IMG/VR virus record: IMGVR_UViG_3300032218_001005
Coordinates: 1-24,735 of that record
Strand: one strand, 5' to 3'
Source: a virus
Taxonomy: Duplodnaviria; Caudoviricetes
DNA length: 24,735 nt
Shown: positions 11,983-22,395 of the stretch, in pieces
Layout of the letters: every line of letters starts with the position of its first letter
Numbering within the stretch: the first letter of the stretch is position 1
Notes under the pieces: model-generated
The model's database searches: none
The model's input: the letters and a program-made list of their open reading frames with translations, nothing else
Told to the model about the DNA's origin: nothing
Program-made: the position numbers and the translations under genes

Positions 11983-14079
11983 TTAATCCTTAAAAACGCC
12001 AGCGTGTGGCTTCAATGCATCATTCAATTGTTTTTGATGCGCTTCTTTTGCAGCTTGCTCAATTTGCGCTTTATTGAAATAGTTTAATGCTCCACGAATT
12101 GCCGTGCCACCAATACCACCAGTTTTGAGATTAACAGCACCTTCAGCTATTTTTCCCGCGGCAGATTGAGCAGCCTGTAATGCTTGTTCTCTTGCATTAG
12201 CAACTTGTGTTTGACTTGCATTTGAGTAAGTAGCGCCACCTTTGAGGTGTTCACTTCGAGTAGCTACAAATGCCAAGTCTTGTAAATCTTGCGCTAATTC
12301 TGAACCATGCAAAATGCGTGATTTATCGCCAGCAAATGTTTTATTGATTCCATCATATATTTTAGATTGACTGACTACACCCTGTGAATTAACAGAATTT
12401 TCTTTAAGTTTTAAAAGCGAGCCAGCTTTTAATGCTTCGTGGGCAGGCGTATTTTCTCCTACTTCACCAACTAATCTACTTAAAGAAAGGTCAGGAATGT
12501 TTTTGTTGTTTACATATTTGTCAAAAAATGCTGTTGATCCAGGGTGTGGCAAACCTTTTGCAATATCTTCAGGTGTTCTTGTGTCAGACATTGCGGTATC
12601 ATAAAAAGGCATATTTTCTTGTTTTGTTTTCCATTCAGAAACAGCATTTCTTGCTTCATCAAACATAGGTTTCACATATGCAAAATCACCTTTTATTGGT
12701 GCATTTTCAAATTGTTCACGAACAATAGATGCAGCGCGTCTAACTTTTCCATCAGGATCAGTTCTAGCAATTTCACCAGAATCTGTTCTAAAGTTTTCAA
12801 ATTCTTGTGGAGTTAAATATCCTTTGGCTAATTTTTCTTTTAGTTGTTTAGCTAATTGTTCAGGTAAATATTCAGTTCTATGCTCAAAATTTAATGCATT
12901 ATTTATATTTTCATTTAAACCAGCAACATCTATTGGATTATTCCCTTCACCAGCAGCTTTATAGGCTTTTTTATACAAGTCACTAATATTTTTTTCGTAT
13001 CCTTTTGCTTTGTTATTTAATGTTTCAAGAACATCGTTTGCCAATGCAACAGGAGTACCACCAGTTGCGTTTTCTGCATATTTATCACGCAAATTATCAA
13101 ACGCATTAGCAAGCTGTGTGTTTCTTTCATTAAAACGGTCAAGCAATGGTTTGTTTTCGGGTTTTGCGCGATTATTGTATTCATCAGATATTAGTTGCGT
13201 ATCGTTTAATGCCTCACCTTTAGTAGCATTCATTCCAAATTTTTCAAATTTAGATTGTGTTTGCAATGCGTCTAAATTTATATCTGCGGCAGATTTTCCT
13301 GGGCTTGTTGTACCATCAGGATTAGTTTTGGGCTGCATTTCTTGCAAAATGTTCTGTTTAGCCAATGATGTATCAGGCATTGCATCAATTTGTGCTTTGA
13401 CTGCTGATTGATGTGATGTACTAGCTGCACCAACACTTTGCGGTGTTTGCGTAACATTCATTTGCGGTTCAATTCGTTGACCAAATTGATTTGCTAATTG
13501 AGCTTCAGCGCCACTTTTTTGTATGCTTATTTTTGGCAAATTAGCTTTAGTAGCCATTATTATTTCTTTTGGCGTTGCTCCGCCTTTGCTCATTTGCAAA
13601 CCTTCAGGCATAACAGGCGGCAATTTAGATGCTTCAAATGCTCGTTGTACAGCTTCCAAATTTGCTTGAGCTTGAGGATCGGTTACTTTGTAACCTGGAT
13701 GTTGCCGAATAAATTGTTCAGCATACTTTTGTGCAATTGGTTGAGGTGCTTGTCCAGTTTGAATAGCTTCAGGAATGCTTTTAGCTAATCCATATAAACC
13801 ACCAACAACAGGAGTAGCCATACCTGATGCAACACCCAAACCAGTTTCAACACCAGTTTTTAACCAAGATGGCAATATTCCACTAGGTTTAACTGGTTCT
13901 GTATCAGGGCTGAACGCTTGTTGAATTGCATTAGAAACGTCTTTAATACTTAGTTCACGCGGCGCTATTTCTGTGCCTGGCGTGTAAGTTGACAAAGGAT
14001 TGCGTTTGTCTGCAATATCGTCAACGCCATAAGTATCTTTTAATGCATTTTTAATTTCTTCTAAAGTTAAGTCTGCCAT
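11983..14079 (-). CDS. Putative DNA ejection protein (P22 gp16 position)
   Basis: 698 aa, helical, Ala/Lys-rich, no Cys; third large gene after the gp10-like gene. Assigned by synteny. Confidence 0.65.
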   Translation of the reverse strand: MADLTLEEIKNALKDTYGVDDIADKRNPLSTYTPGTEIAPRELSIKDVSNAIQQAFSPDTEPVKPSGILPSWLKTGVETGLGVASGMATPVVGGLYGLAKSIPEAIQTGQAPQPIAQKYAEQFIRQHPGYKVTDPQAQANLEAVQRAFEASKLPPVMPEGLQMSKGGATPKEIIMATKANLPKISIQKSGAEAQLANQFGQRIEPQMNVTQTPQSVGAASTSHQSAVKAQIDAMPDTSLAKQNILQEMQPKTNPDGTTSPGKSAADINLDALQTQSKFEKFGMNATKGEALNDTQLISDEYNNRAKPENKPLLDRFNERNTQLANAFDNLRDKYAENATGGTPVALANDVLETLNNKAKGYEKNISDLYKKAYKAAGEGNNPIDVAGLNENINNALNFEHRTEYLPEQLAKQLKEKLAKGYLTPQEFENFRTDSGEIARTDPDGKVRRAASIVREQFENAPIKGDFAYVKPMFDEARNAVSEWKTKQENMPFYDTAMSDTRTPEDIAKGLPHPGSTAFFDKYVNNKNIPDLSLSRLVGEVGENTPAHEALKAGSLLKLKENSVNSQGVVSQSKIYDGINKTFAGDKSRILHGSELAQDLQDLAFVATRSEHLKGGATYSNASQTQVANAREQALQAAQSAAGKIAEGAVNLKTGGIGGTAIRGALNYFNKAQIEQAAKEAHQKQLNDALKPHAGVFKD

Positions 14080-15602
14080 TATTGCCCCTTAACTAATTTG
14101 TCCATTGCTTCCCATTTTTTCAACAAAAATTGCACGTTTGGAGATTGCATGGGGTTTTTAAGTTTTGCTGCTTGCGGATCAACAGATTGGATAACTTCTT
14201 TTATGCCTGCGGGGTCTTTATTTACGATTGCGTCATGTAATCGAATAGCGTTAATGTCGGCAGTTTTCGACCATTGTGATTGAAAATCATTAGGCGCTAA
14301 ACGATCTTTTGTTGTAGCTAGTTTATTTTCAATGCCATTGTTAAACATAGATGTTGCTGTAGACAACGCTCTATTAACGCGGGCGGTTGATTTAATAGCA
14401 TCTTCTGTCCAATTAGTTGTTCCAGAAAGTTGTCCAGCAAGTTGATTGGCTTGATCTGTTCCGCTAAGTCCTGCACTTTTAGCCAAAGATGCTTGTTGCA
14501 AAGTCATGTAATGACCAAGACTGTCAAAATAGGTTGCCGCATTACCAGTCCAAGGTACAACAGCTAATCTACCAGCAATATTTGCTAATGTTTCTGATCC
14601 AACACCAGTTTGGGCTTTATTTGCTAAATCAATAATTTGGTTAGCAGTGAACTGTTGCATTGGTGTTTGTTGTGCTGCATTTCTAGCATTGATTCGCAAT
14701 TGATCAGCTTGTTCATAACTTACAGGTGATTCGCCTTGTCTAATTCGTAAAGGAGCATTAGCAGGAGGCGCGGCGGGACGATTAGGTGTAGTTGTTGGTT
14801 TTCCTGTAGTTGGCTGTGCAAATACCCCAGCAGGAATCGTAACTTCACCCAAAATTTTGCCGCTTTTATCTTTAACATAAGCGGTTGGATTGCCGTTGAC
14901 ATCGGTTTTGCCAGTGGCTTCGTAGGTTTGGCCTGGCGACAAAGTTGTTTCAATGGATGGACCAGCTGGCATTCCTGCTGGTTGTCCAGTTAATATTGGG
15001 CTACCCATTTGTCTAGGGGTCATAGTAGCCCCCTCAGTAGTCATTTGGGAAGCAGGGTACAGTTTTTCCAATTGCGACAAAACTGACATTGACGCTGCTA
15101 ATTTTTTAGCGGCAAAGGCTTGGTAATCCCTTGCAGTTCCCTTTTCAGGTAAACCAAAAAGTGCTTGTTTTTCAGCTTCAGGTGGGCCATTTGTTTCTTT
15201 GATTTTTTTCGTAATGAAATTTGTAATTTTTTCTTTATTTAAATCAGGGTCATTGACCATTGTTTGTAATTGCTGAACCGCATCATTGGCGTGTAACAAA
15301 GCAAATTGAAAAGCATCTTGACTAGATTTTGTTGTAGCGCTTGATGCTTGTGCTTTTGCTGCTTGAACGCTTGGTTCAAGTGTTTGTTCTGCCAATGAAG
15401 TTGCTGCACCTTGCTGGCGTAATTGCAAAGGATTCATTTGTCTTGCTTGCTCAACTTGTTGTTGAAGAGCTTGCAATTGCAAAGGATTTAACTGTTGAGC
15501 CTGCTGGTAAGCCTGTGCGCCTCGGGCAAGATTCATCATGTCCGACAGACTGGTCTGTGGGATATTGGGTGTTAATTGGGTGTTGAAGCCGTAATCTGCC
15601 AT
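14079..15602 (-). CDS. Putative DNA ejection protein (P22 gp20 position)
   Basis: 507 aa, Gln/Ala-rich N-terminus, no Cys. Assigned by synteny. Confidence 0.65.
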   Translation of the reverse strand: MADYGFNTQLTPNIPQTSLSDMMNLARGAQAYQQAQQLNPLQLQALQQQVEQARQMNPLQLRQQGAATSLAEQTLEPSVQAAKAQASSATTKSSQDAFQFALLHANDAVQQLQTMVNDPDLNKEKITNFITKKIKETNGPPEAEKQALFGLPEKGTARDYQAFAAKKLAASMSVLSQLEKLYPASQMTTEGATMTPRQMGSPILTGQPAGMPAGPSIETTLSPGQTYEATGKTDVNGNPTAYVKDKSGKILGEVTIPAGVFAQPTTGKPTTTPNRPAAPPANAPLRIRQGESPVSYEQADQLRINARNAAQQTPMQQFTANQIIDLANKAQTGVGSETLANIAGRLAVVPWTGNAATYFDSLGHYMTLQQASLAKSAGLSGTDQANQLAGQLSGTTNWTEDAIKSTARVNRALSTATSMFNNGIENKLATTKDRLAPNDFQSQWSKTADINAIRLHDAIVNKDPAGIKEVIQSVDPQAAKLKNPMQSPNVQFLLKKWEAMDKLVKGQ

Positions 15603-15605
15603 GAT

Positions 15606-17591
15606 TTATCCTATTGCGTTATAAGCATTCATGAAGTTGCCACCGCTTACATTTGACCCTGCTGCGCCTTGGTTTTGGTTAAGCAATTGAGACAACAAAT
15701 AAGCGTTTCCTGCGCCTGTCAACGCACCGCCATAACCAGCCGCTTGCCCCATTCGACCAGCCGCTTGTGCAGCTGCCGCCCCTACACCAAGTTGACCTTG
15801 TGCAGTAGCGTTGTTTTGTGCCAATGTATTAGCCTGTCCTTGTGCGGTTTGACCAATTCCAGCAATACCCGCCAACGTGTTGTAAATGTTGCCACGTTGC
15901 GTTTGGAAACGATTAAAGGCATTGTTGTATTCTTGGCTGGCCATGCCTTGGGTGTAGTCTTGCATACCCTTTATAGCGTTTCCACCAATCAGTCCACCAG
16001 CAAGGTTAGAGGCACGTTGGTTAGCCATTTGACCTTGTTGGAGTCGGAATGCGTAGCCTGGGTCCATGCCCTGTGCAAATTGCTGTGGACCAAACTGTTG
16101 AGTTAAATAACCCGATCCTGTGGCTGTTCCAATTGGCTTACCATTTTCATCATATTGAGTATATTGGCCAGGCAGCATTGACCTAATTTGATTAAGTGCG
16201 CCGTACCCTGCTCCTCGATATGGTACGCCTTGAGCGTTCACTGTGTTGAACATCTCTTGCTGCATTTGTGCAGCTTTTAATGCCGCATCTGCTTGGATTT
16301 GAGCTGCATCTTTAGCGGCATTTGCGCTAAGTACTCCACTTGCTACATTACCAGCGCCTAACAATATAGCCGCTAAAGATTTTGGATCAGACAACAAAGA
16401 ACTGAGAAAACTGCCTCCAGCAGCACTATTTAAAAAGTCTGTTGAAATACCAGCCTTAGATAACAAATTACTCAAAGTACTAGTTGAAGCTGGAGTTAAT
16501 CCACCACTAGCTAATGCATCAGCATTTGCTTTTGCTAAAGCATCATGAGCCGCTATATCTTCTGCGCTTGCCCCGCTAGTTACAGTATCACCACCGCCAC
16601 CGCCACCGCCACCGCCAGTAGCCGCTGCCTCAGCCGCCGCAATTTCTTCTGCAGTTGCACCAGCGCCATAACCCTCTGCACCATATATGGCGTTTTTAAC
16701 TGCATTTCCCGTGTAATCAGCAGCACTTGCGCCGCCACCAGCATTAGCAAGGTCAGTTAATGAAGTACCAGCAAGATCAGTAAGTGATCCACCAGTTAAT
16801 GCAGTTGACCCACCACCAAGAACACCACCATAAGATGACAAATCACCAGCAGCACTTGCACCGCCTGCCGCACCCCCCGCCGCACCAGCTGCGTCACCCA
16901 ATAAATTAGCGCCTGTAAATAAGTTTGCCCCTAATGCCGCCAAGATCATGGGGCCAAAATCAGTAGCTACATCTTTTAAAAAACTGCCAAAACTTCCACT
17001 ATCCTGTTTGGTTAAATCAAAAACTCCATAATCAACAAGTTGCCCTTTTTCATTGATTTTTGGCACTGAAACTATGTTTGGTTTGCTTGGGTCAGGAGTT
17101 AAGTATTCGCCAGGCTTTAGCGTCAATTGCTTAAAATTACCTGATGCATCATATTGGGCAACAAGTGGTTTGCCTTGAAATGTTTGTTTAGTGGGTATTG
17201 TGTAACCCTGAACTTGCCTGCCACCACCCATCCCTAAGGGTGCTGACCTATCTGCATAGTCTAAATATTCATCACTGATTTTAGTGTAAGCTGGTTTAAT
17301 ATTTAAACCAAAACCCGTAGATGGAGTGGTAACTTCATTTAATTTAGTGGAAAGATTTGTTAATGAATTAGGGTCTAACGCTTGTCCTAATGATGGCAAT
17401 GGCTCAAGTTTAGGCTGATATTGGGCAAACTGATTTACACTAAAAAACTCAGGCAATCCAGTTCTAGGATTAATTGTCCCAGCACCACCCATAGACTTCA
17501 ACATTGCCGCTTCTTGAGGATTGATATGGGCAAGCATAGTGTCGCCATATCTGCCAAGTGATGCTAAGTTTCTTAATTGATTATTTGGCAT
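15606..17591 (-). CDS. Putative DNA ejection/pilot protein (P22 gp7-like) with long N-terminal extension
   Basis: C-terminal AAKDAAQIQADAA...DPGYAFRLQQG...YTQGMASQEYNNAFNR; Gly/Ala-rich with hydrophobic segments. Confidence 0.75.
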   Translation of the reverse strand: MPNNQLRNLASLGRYGDTMLAHINPQEAAMLKSMGGAGTINPRTGLPEFFSVNQFAQYQPKLEPLPSLGQALDPNSLTNLSTKLNEVTTPSTGFGLNIKPAYTKISDEYLDYADRSAPLGMGGGRQVQGYTIPTKQTFQGKPLVAQYDASGNFKQLTLKPGEYLTPDPSKPNIVSVPKINEKGQLVDYGVFDLTKQDSGSFGSFLKDVATDFGPMILAALGANLFTGANLLGDAAGAAGGAAGGASAAGDLSSYGGVLGGGSTALTGGSLTDLAGTSLTDLANAGGGASAADYTGNAVKNAIYGAEGYGAGATAEEIAAAEAAATGGGGGGGGGDTVTSGASAEDIAAHDALAKANADALASGGLTPASTSTLSNLLSKAGISTDFLNSAAGGSFLSSLLSDPKSLAAILLGAGNVASGVLSANAAKDAAQIQADAALKAAQMQQEMFNTVNAQGVPYRGAGYGALNQIRSMLPGQYTQYDENGKPIGTATGSGYLTQQFGPQQFAQGMDPGYAFRLQQGQMANQRASNLAGGLIGGNAIKGMQDYTQGMASQEYNNAFNRFQTQRGNIYNTLAGIAGIGQTAQGQANTLAQNNATAQGQLGVGAAAAQAAGRMGQAAGYGGALTGAGNAYLLSQLLNQNQGAAGSNVSGGNFMNAYNAIG

Positions 17592-17599
17592 TTTTGACC

Positions 17600-17821
17600 T
17601 CAGTTGTAATACGGCACTTTGTAAGGCTTGCCATCAACAGTTACGTTAATAAACCCCACAGGATTCGCAGGAAGTGTTGCGCTGCCAGCCGTTGCCGATG
17701 TTGCACTTGAAAAATTAAGCAGATTTAAAAACCATTGTTGCCATGCGCGTGTAGGCCGATTAGTGGTTTTGTCTAAAAACTCAGCTTGTGGATAAGGTTG
17801 CGTTTGGGGGTTGTATAACAT
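17600..17821 (-). CDS. Small virion protein downstream of the gp10-like gene (P22 gp26 position)
   Basis: 73 aa, coupled to the gp10-like stop; PTRAWQQWFLNL and GFINVTVDGKPYKVPYY. Confidence 0.65.
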   Translation of the reverse strand: MLYNPQTQPYPQAEFLDKTTNRPTRAWQQWFLNLLNFSSATSATAGSATLPANPVGFINVTVDGKPYKVPYYN

Positions 17822-20322
17822 CAGTTATCCCCTGAACTAGCTTTAAGGTTGGCAGAGACAATTACCGCCTTAACAGGGTCGGTAATGACAACTTCAAAAA
17901 CTCTATCTCTAGCCATGCCCAAGCGCCTCCAAATCGCACGATTCTTAAATCTGCCCATTGATCCAATGGTGACCCAGTATTCGCGTGACCATGTTGAACC
18001 GCCGTCATTTGACCATCTCAACATCGCCTGTGGATAAGTTGTCACATCCGTAAGGTTGATTGTATTCTGATTTCCCAAAATTACGTTATCTAATGCACCA
18101 ATCACTAGGCTTGCATCAGGATAAATAATATAGGGCGATTGAATGTAAATTGCTGAAGTCGGTATGTAAAAACCCGTAGTCCCCACGCCAGGCTGAAACT
18201 GTATCTGAAACTCATCAAAGTACTGCCGTTGCAAATCTGCAACTAAATGCGGCGCACGTCTTAACCTACGGATTTCATTGCCGTCATCGGTGTAAGTATT
18301 GAGGTCAAGCTCATAAATTTTGCCATTGGCATAGTCACCCACCAAAACCATATTTTGGAATACTGCAGAGCAGTTAGACCGATGGCGGTGGTAGACGTTG
18401 GCATTGTCCACAGACAGCCATTTGTGCCACATTTGGGTGGTTGCGTCATAAACCCACGTCAGATCAATAGTGGGGAAAGTCACCACATAGCACTCATGTC
18501 CCTCTAACTGATAGGTGTAGGCAATAGCATCGTCAATGTACTTATTAACCAGCGTGTTTTCTACGGCATGGGTGGAAATCCTTTGAGGAATGTAGCCGTT
18601 CATTTGAACGATCATGCCTTGACCTCGGTTATTCCTGCTGACATAAGCAAAGGAATTTCCTAATCGCGCCATAGAGAAAACCGCCGCAATTCCGTGTTGG
18701 GTAGAAGTGCCAGGGATTCTTTGAAACGGGAACGGAACCGCCCCCACATCAATCCAAACCTCTGATGACGCTTCCCCAAGCAAATACACCTCTCGGTGGT
18801 CAACAATAATTGACACTAGGTTATCAGGCGACCCATCCTTAGACGCAAATGAAAGTGCCTGAGAAATAGGACTTAACGCATCAGATGCGCCAAATTGCTG
18901 AGTATTTGGGCGGTTATAAACAAAATAATTGTCTACAGTGTCAACAGTGTTCCCACCGCTAAAAGCGCCATCAGTTGATGGAATTTGCGTAAAATTCAGG
19001 GCGTACATTGCCTCTGATGCAATTACATTGGTTGTACTCAGTAAATAAGTGCCTATACCGCCCGATCCTGTACCATAGTCTGTAATGATTGTTCCAGCCG
19101 TAATACCAGCAGCTTGGATAGTTTGCCCAAGATATAAAGTTCCTGTTGAAACAGCAGAAACATTTAAGTAATTTGTTCCATACACCAGTGTTAAACCCGT
19201 TGATGGGCCGCCAGTGGTTGTTATTGGATTACCGCCACTTGTTTCAGACAATGTGAAAAATGTTGATCCATCTGTTGTTACAACATAGTATGTTTTGGGA
19301 TTTGTGTAGCCAGTGATAGATGGCGCTAATACTGTATAAGTTAAGCCTGTTGGTGTTCCAGTAGTAGTGACAATTGCAGAACCATCTAAATTTGTTAATG
19401 TAAATGTTGTAGTGCCGTTTGTTACAGAAATTAAATAAGTTGTTGGGTTTTTGTAACCAGTAATAGAACCTGTACCGCCAAATGTTCCGCTGATTGTTAT
19501 TTGCTCACCAACATTTAAAGTTGTACTAGTGCATGAAAATTGACCACTGGTTCCAGCAATAACCACTGAGCTTAGTGAAAATGAAGAAGAAGATAGTGTT
19601 CCACTGATTTTTACACTAGCGCCAACAACCATTGTTGTGCTTGGTGCGGTGCAATAAAAGCCACCATTTGAGGCAAGTTTTACACCACTTAATGTTTCAC
19701 CAATTGAAGCAGTAATAATTGCGCCAGCAGCTGCGCTAGACATAGATTCACTTGCTACAGTTTGTGAAGTGCTAATTGTGTAAGTACCAACATTTCCAGT
19801 GCCTGTACCTAGTGCGGTAATTACAGTCTCATTGCTAACACCAACACCAAAAATCTGTTGACCAACGGCTAAAGTTCCACTTGTTACACTGGTTACAGTT
19901 AAGGTTGTTGTGGATATTGATCCTGTAAATAAAGCAGTGGTAGGCGTGGAAATGCGCCATGTGTATCGATAAGCGCCATCAACAATATAAACATTTTGTC
20001 CATTGTCAGTAATGCCAACCCGACCAGTTGATGTATTTAAAAACCCAACAATAGACGGCGTAAGATTTGAGGTTAAAACGTAAACATAAGGGCCGCAGAC
20101 AACCACCATTTGCTGGCCGCCTGAGACTGTCCGCATACCGCGGACTTCGCCTGTGTTAAGAACAGCAACAGTGTTAAGGCCTGGCGTTGGGTACAGCGCC
20201 ACCACGCCTCGCTGACCAGGCTCCTTTAGCGGATCAACCTCGGGAAAGAAGTTAATGCACTCTTGCGAATCCTGATAAATGCTTGGCGCTTCGTAACTTG
20301 GGCCAACAAATCCAAAGTCCAT
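17821..20322 (-). CDS. P22 gp10-like tail hub / packaged-DNA stabilisation protein with a ~310-aa beta-rich insertion
   Basis: [25 protein letters not shown]...[16 protein letters not shown] and WRRLG--RDRVFEV motifs. Confidence 0.9.
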   Translation of the reverse strand: MDFGFVGPSYEAPSIYQDSQECINFFPEVDPLKEPGQRGVVALYPTPGLNTVAVLNTGEVRGMRTVSGGQQMVVVCGPYVYVLTSNLTPSIVGFLNTSTGRVGITDNGQNVYIVDGAYRYTWRISTPTTALFTGSISTTTLTVTSVTSGTLAVGQQIFGVGVSNETVITALGTGTGNVGTYTISTSQTVASESMSSAAAGAIITASIGETLSGVKLASNGGFYCTAPSTTMVVGASVKISGTLSSSSFSLSSVVIAGTSGQFSCTSTTLNVGEQITISGTFGGTGSITGYKNPTTYLISVTNGTTTFTLTNLDGSAIVTTTGTPTGLTYTVLAPSITGYTNPKTYYVVTTDGSTFFTLSETSGGNPITTTGGPSTGLTLVYGTNYLNVSAVSTGTLYLGQTIQAAGITAGTIITDYGTGSGGIGTYLLSTTNVIASEAMYALNFTQIPSTDGAFSGGNTVDTVDNYFVYNRPNTQQFGASDALSPISQALSFASKDGSPDNLVSIIVDHREVYLLGEASSEVWIDVGAVPFPFQRIPGTSTQHGIAAVFSMARLGNSFAYVSRNNRGQGMIVQMNGYIPQRISTHAVENTLVNKYIDDAIAYTYQLEGHECYVVTFPTIDLTWVYDATTQMWHKWLSVDNANVYHRHRSNCSAVFQNMVLVGDYANGKIYELDLNTYTDDGNEIRRLRRAPHLVADLQRQYFDEFQIQFQPGVGTTGFYIPTSAIYIQSPYIIYPDASLVIGALDNVILGNQNTINLTDVTTYPQAMLRWSNDGGSTWSREYWVTIGSMGRFKNRAIWRRLGMARDRVFEVVITDPVKAVIVSANLKASSGDN

Positions 20323-20331
20323 TTTTACCCT

Positions 20332-21303
20332 TTAGCGGAAGAAACCACCACTCAAAATCCAACCAGCATCTTTAGCTCTGCCTACCAATAGCGAATCAGG
20401 ATAACGCGCAGTCTGCACTGGCCTCATGTTTGTTCGCTTGATTGTGGCTTTAGCCTGCCCTGCAAACCCTTGAATCATTGCTAGCTGGACTTGTGAGTTC
20501 TTGCCATACATAGGCATTAAACGCTCTGCCAAACACCATCTAAGCGCCATTGAATAGGCTTGCGGCAGGACAATTGTGTCGTTGATTGAGGCATATCTGC
20601 GAAATATGGTGTCGGCAAACAAGTGCATCTCACCCTGACTAGGGTTTGGCCATACAAAGATATTTCCCAACAGCTCAGTGGGTTGGTAGTACAGCGCTTT
20701 TGGCCAAGGACCCGATAAGGTCTTTAAGCCAATCATCTCGTAATCTTCTAACGCAAGAATCGCAACAGGATAATCTAGGCCGCCGTTTACGATTGGAACG
20801 CCATTTGAATTAGTGTTAATCCGCACGAAAGCAGAATTAATAACCAAAGGACGCTCATAGTAAGCGCTGATTGTTGTCGATGCAACAGTTTGATTAATGT
20901 TAACTGTGTACGTTCCGAGTTCATTGACATTGCCGCCAGCTCCTGTACCAAATCCCGTGATGGTCGTTCCCGCCGTAATTCCTGTGCCACTGAGATATTG
21001 ACCCAAAGCAATAGCGCCTGAGTTAATTGCGGTGACAGTCAGAATGTTGCCTGTGATGCTGCCGTTGAAATTAGCGCCAATTTGACCAGTTGGTCCGATG
21101 GTGTACTGAGACTGGCCTGGCGTTATCGGAAACACTATCTCAGTCTTATAAAAGACCATCATGTCCTCGTTTGACCATTGGTCAAGCAAGTCGTTAAGCA
21201 TATCGAAAGCATCCGCAGCCGCTTCGGGCGTAGGGATTTCACCAGCTTCTAGTGCGCCAATGTCTTTCAATGCTCTGCTAATGATGTCTATTGGCATTAC
21301 CAT
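20332..21303 (-). CDS. P22 gp4-like head-to-tail adaptor with an inserted beta domain
   Basis: [11 protein letters not shown]...GE-PT...[13 protein letters not shown] and C-terminal LP--Y--ALRW-LAERL-P-YG; directly upstream of the gp10-like gene. Confidence 0.82.
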   Translation of the reverse strand: MVMPIDIISRALKDIGALEAGEIPTPEAAADAFDMLNDLLDQWSNEDMMVFYKTEIVFPITPGQSQYTIGPTGQIGANFNGSITGNILTVTAINSGAIALGQYLSGTGITAGTTITGFGTGAGGNVNELGTYTVNINQTVASTTISAYYERPLVINSAFVRINTNSNGVPIVNGGLDYPVAILALEDYEMIGLKTLSGPWPKALYYQPTELLGNIFVWPNPSQGEMHLFADTIFRRYASINDTIVLPQAYSMALRWCLAERLMPMYGKNSQVQLAMIQGFAGQAKATIKRTNMRPVQTARYPDSLLVGRAKDAGWILSGGFFR

Positions 21304-21312
21304 GATAAATCC

Positions 21313-21609
21313 TTACAAATCAAGCGTAAACACTTGGGGTAACCAAGGCGCAACAACAGATTTCTGTTTTTTCAGCGTTTCTAGCTGTTCTTCTAGGCGT
21401 GATTTTACGCCAACCATCTTATTTTGTATCCAAAAAACAACCATTTCTTCTGTTACTTCTGAAAATGGGGTTTTCAAGGTTGGTTCGTTAAAGTAGCAAT
21501 GACCCTCTGTTTCCACAAACAAGTCATCGTCAACCAAAGTGGCATGGTATCGAGCAGAGGTTATTAACTCCCCATCTGCTTGAATACTTAATATTTTCCA
21601 ATTTATCAT
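21313..21609 (-). CDS. Small tail-associated protein, possible fibre assembly chaperone, 98 aa
   Basis: Start ATG 21609 (MINWKI...PFSEVTEEMVVFWI...APW). The track's Trp-rich N-terminus is the off-frame shadow of upstream Gly codons. Confidence 0.7.
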   Translation of the reverse strand: MINWKILSIQADGELITSARYHATLVDDDLFVETEGHCYFNEPTLKTPFSEVTEEMVVFWIQNKMVGVKSRLEEQLETLKKQKSVVAPWLPQVFTLDL

Positions 21610-21611
21610 AA

Positions 21612-22391
21612 TTACCAAGACCAAATAAATACTGCGCCGTCCCCACCACGACCACCAGTACCACCTGTAACAGACCCAATAGCGCCACCGCCACCACCGC
21701 AACCAATTCCACCTTTACCACCAGTTCCTCCAGTGGTAGCAGAACCGCCGCCACCAGCGCCACCAGCACCTAACATAATTGGCTGTGTAATAAAAAATCC
21801 ATCAGCGCCATTACCGCCAGTTGTACCTGCGCCACCAGATATAGTTGGATAACCATAGTTACAGGCAACATTTCCACCAGCAGTAGTTGTAGTGCCACCA
21901 CCACCAGCACCACCAGACAAAAATGTTGTTGTTGATGCTGAAATTGATCCACTAGCTGCAGCTCCCGCTTGTCCAGCAGTAGATTTAAAAATGCCAGAAG
22001 CTCCAAAAAAGTTATTTGCTGACGCAGTTCCTGCCACGTTTGATGCCGCACCATTTGCCGTTAGTAACGTATAACCAGCAGTATCTTTTGATTGATATAT
22101 AACTGATGTGTTACCGCCAGCAGCATCAGTTGCGCCGCCAGCTCCAATAGAAATACGCAACTCGTCAGGAATAAAAATAGCAGGGCCTATCCATAATGTA
22201 AATGCACCTGAACCACCGCCAGCACCGCCAGCTCCTGTAGTACCAGCACGTCCACCAGCCCCTGCACCTATTAAAAGCATACGCACCATAGATGCGCCAC
22301 GAGGTTTTAACCAGTCACGGGTAGTACCACCACCATAAAACTCTTGGTAGTTTGAACCTCGCGGTGTAGGGAATCCAAATGTATCTAGCAT
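21612..22391 (-). CDS. Glycine-rich domain virion protein, paralog 3
   Basis: WLKPRGASMVRMLLIGAGAGG...GGGSG...LLTANG...TTFLSGG...QPI...GGDGAVFIWSW. Confidence 0.8.
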   Translation of the reverse strand: MLDTFGFPTPRGSNYQEFYGGGTTRDWLKPRGASMVRMLLIGAGAGGRAGTTGAGGAGGGSGAFTLWIGPAIFIPDELRISIGAGGATDAAGGNTSVIYQSKDTAGYTLLTANGAASNVAGTASANNFFGASGIFKSTAGQAGAAASGSISASTTTFLSGGAGGGGTTTTAGGNVACNYGYPTISGGAGTTGGNGADGFFITQPIMLGAGGAGGGGSATTGGTGGKGGIGCGGGGGAIGSVTGGTGGRGGDGAVFIWSW

Positions 22392-22395
22392 CTTG

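Noticed and set aside
16591-16617. (CCACCG)4 tandem repeat as a contingency locus
   Set aside because: It is an in-frame poly-Gly linker; unit changes would not shift the frame.
21610-21702. Trp/Arg-rich N-terminus MRWWRWRYW... of the track ORF 21313-21702
   Set aside because: Off-frame reading of GGT/GGC Gly codons of the upstream gene; the real start is 21609.
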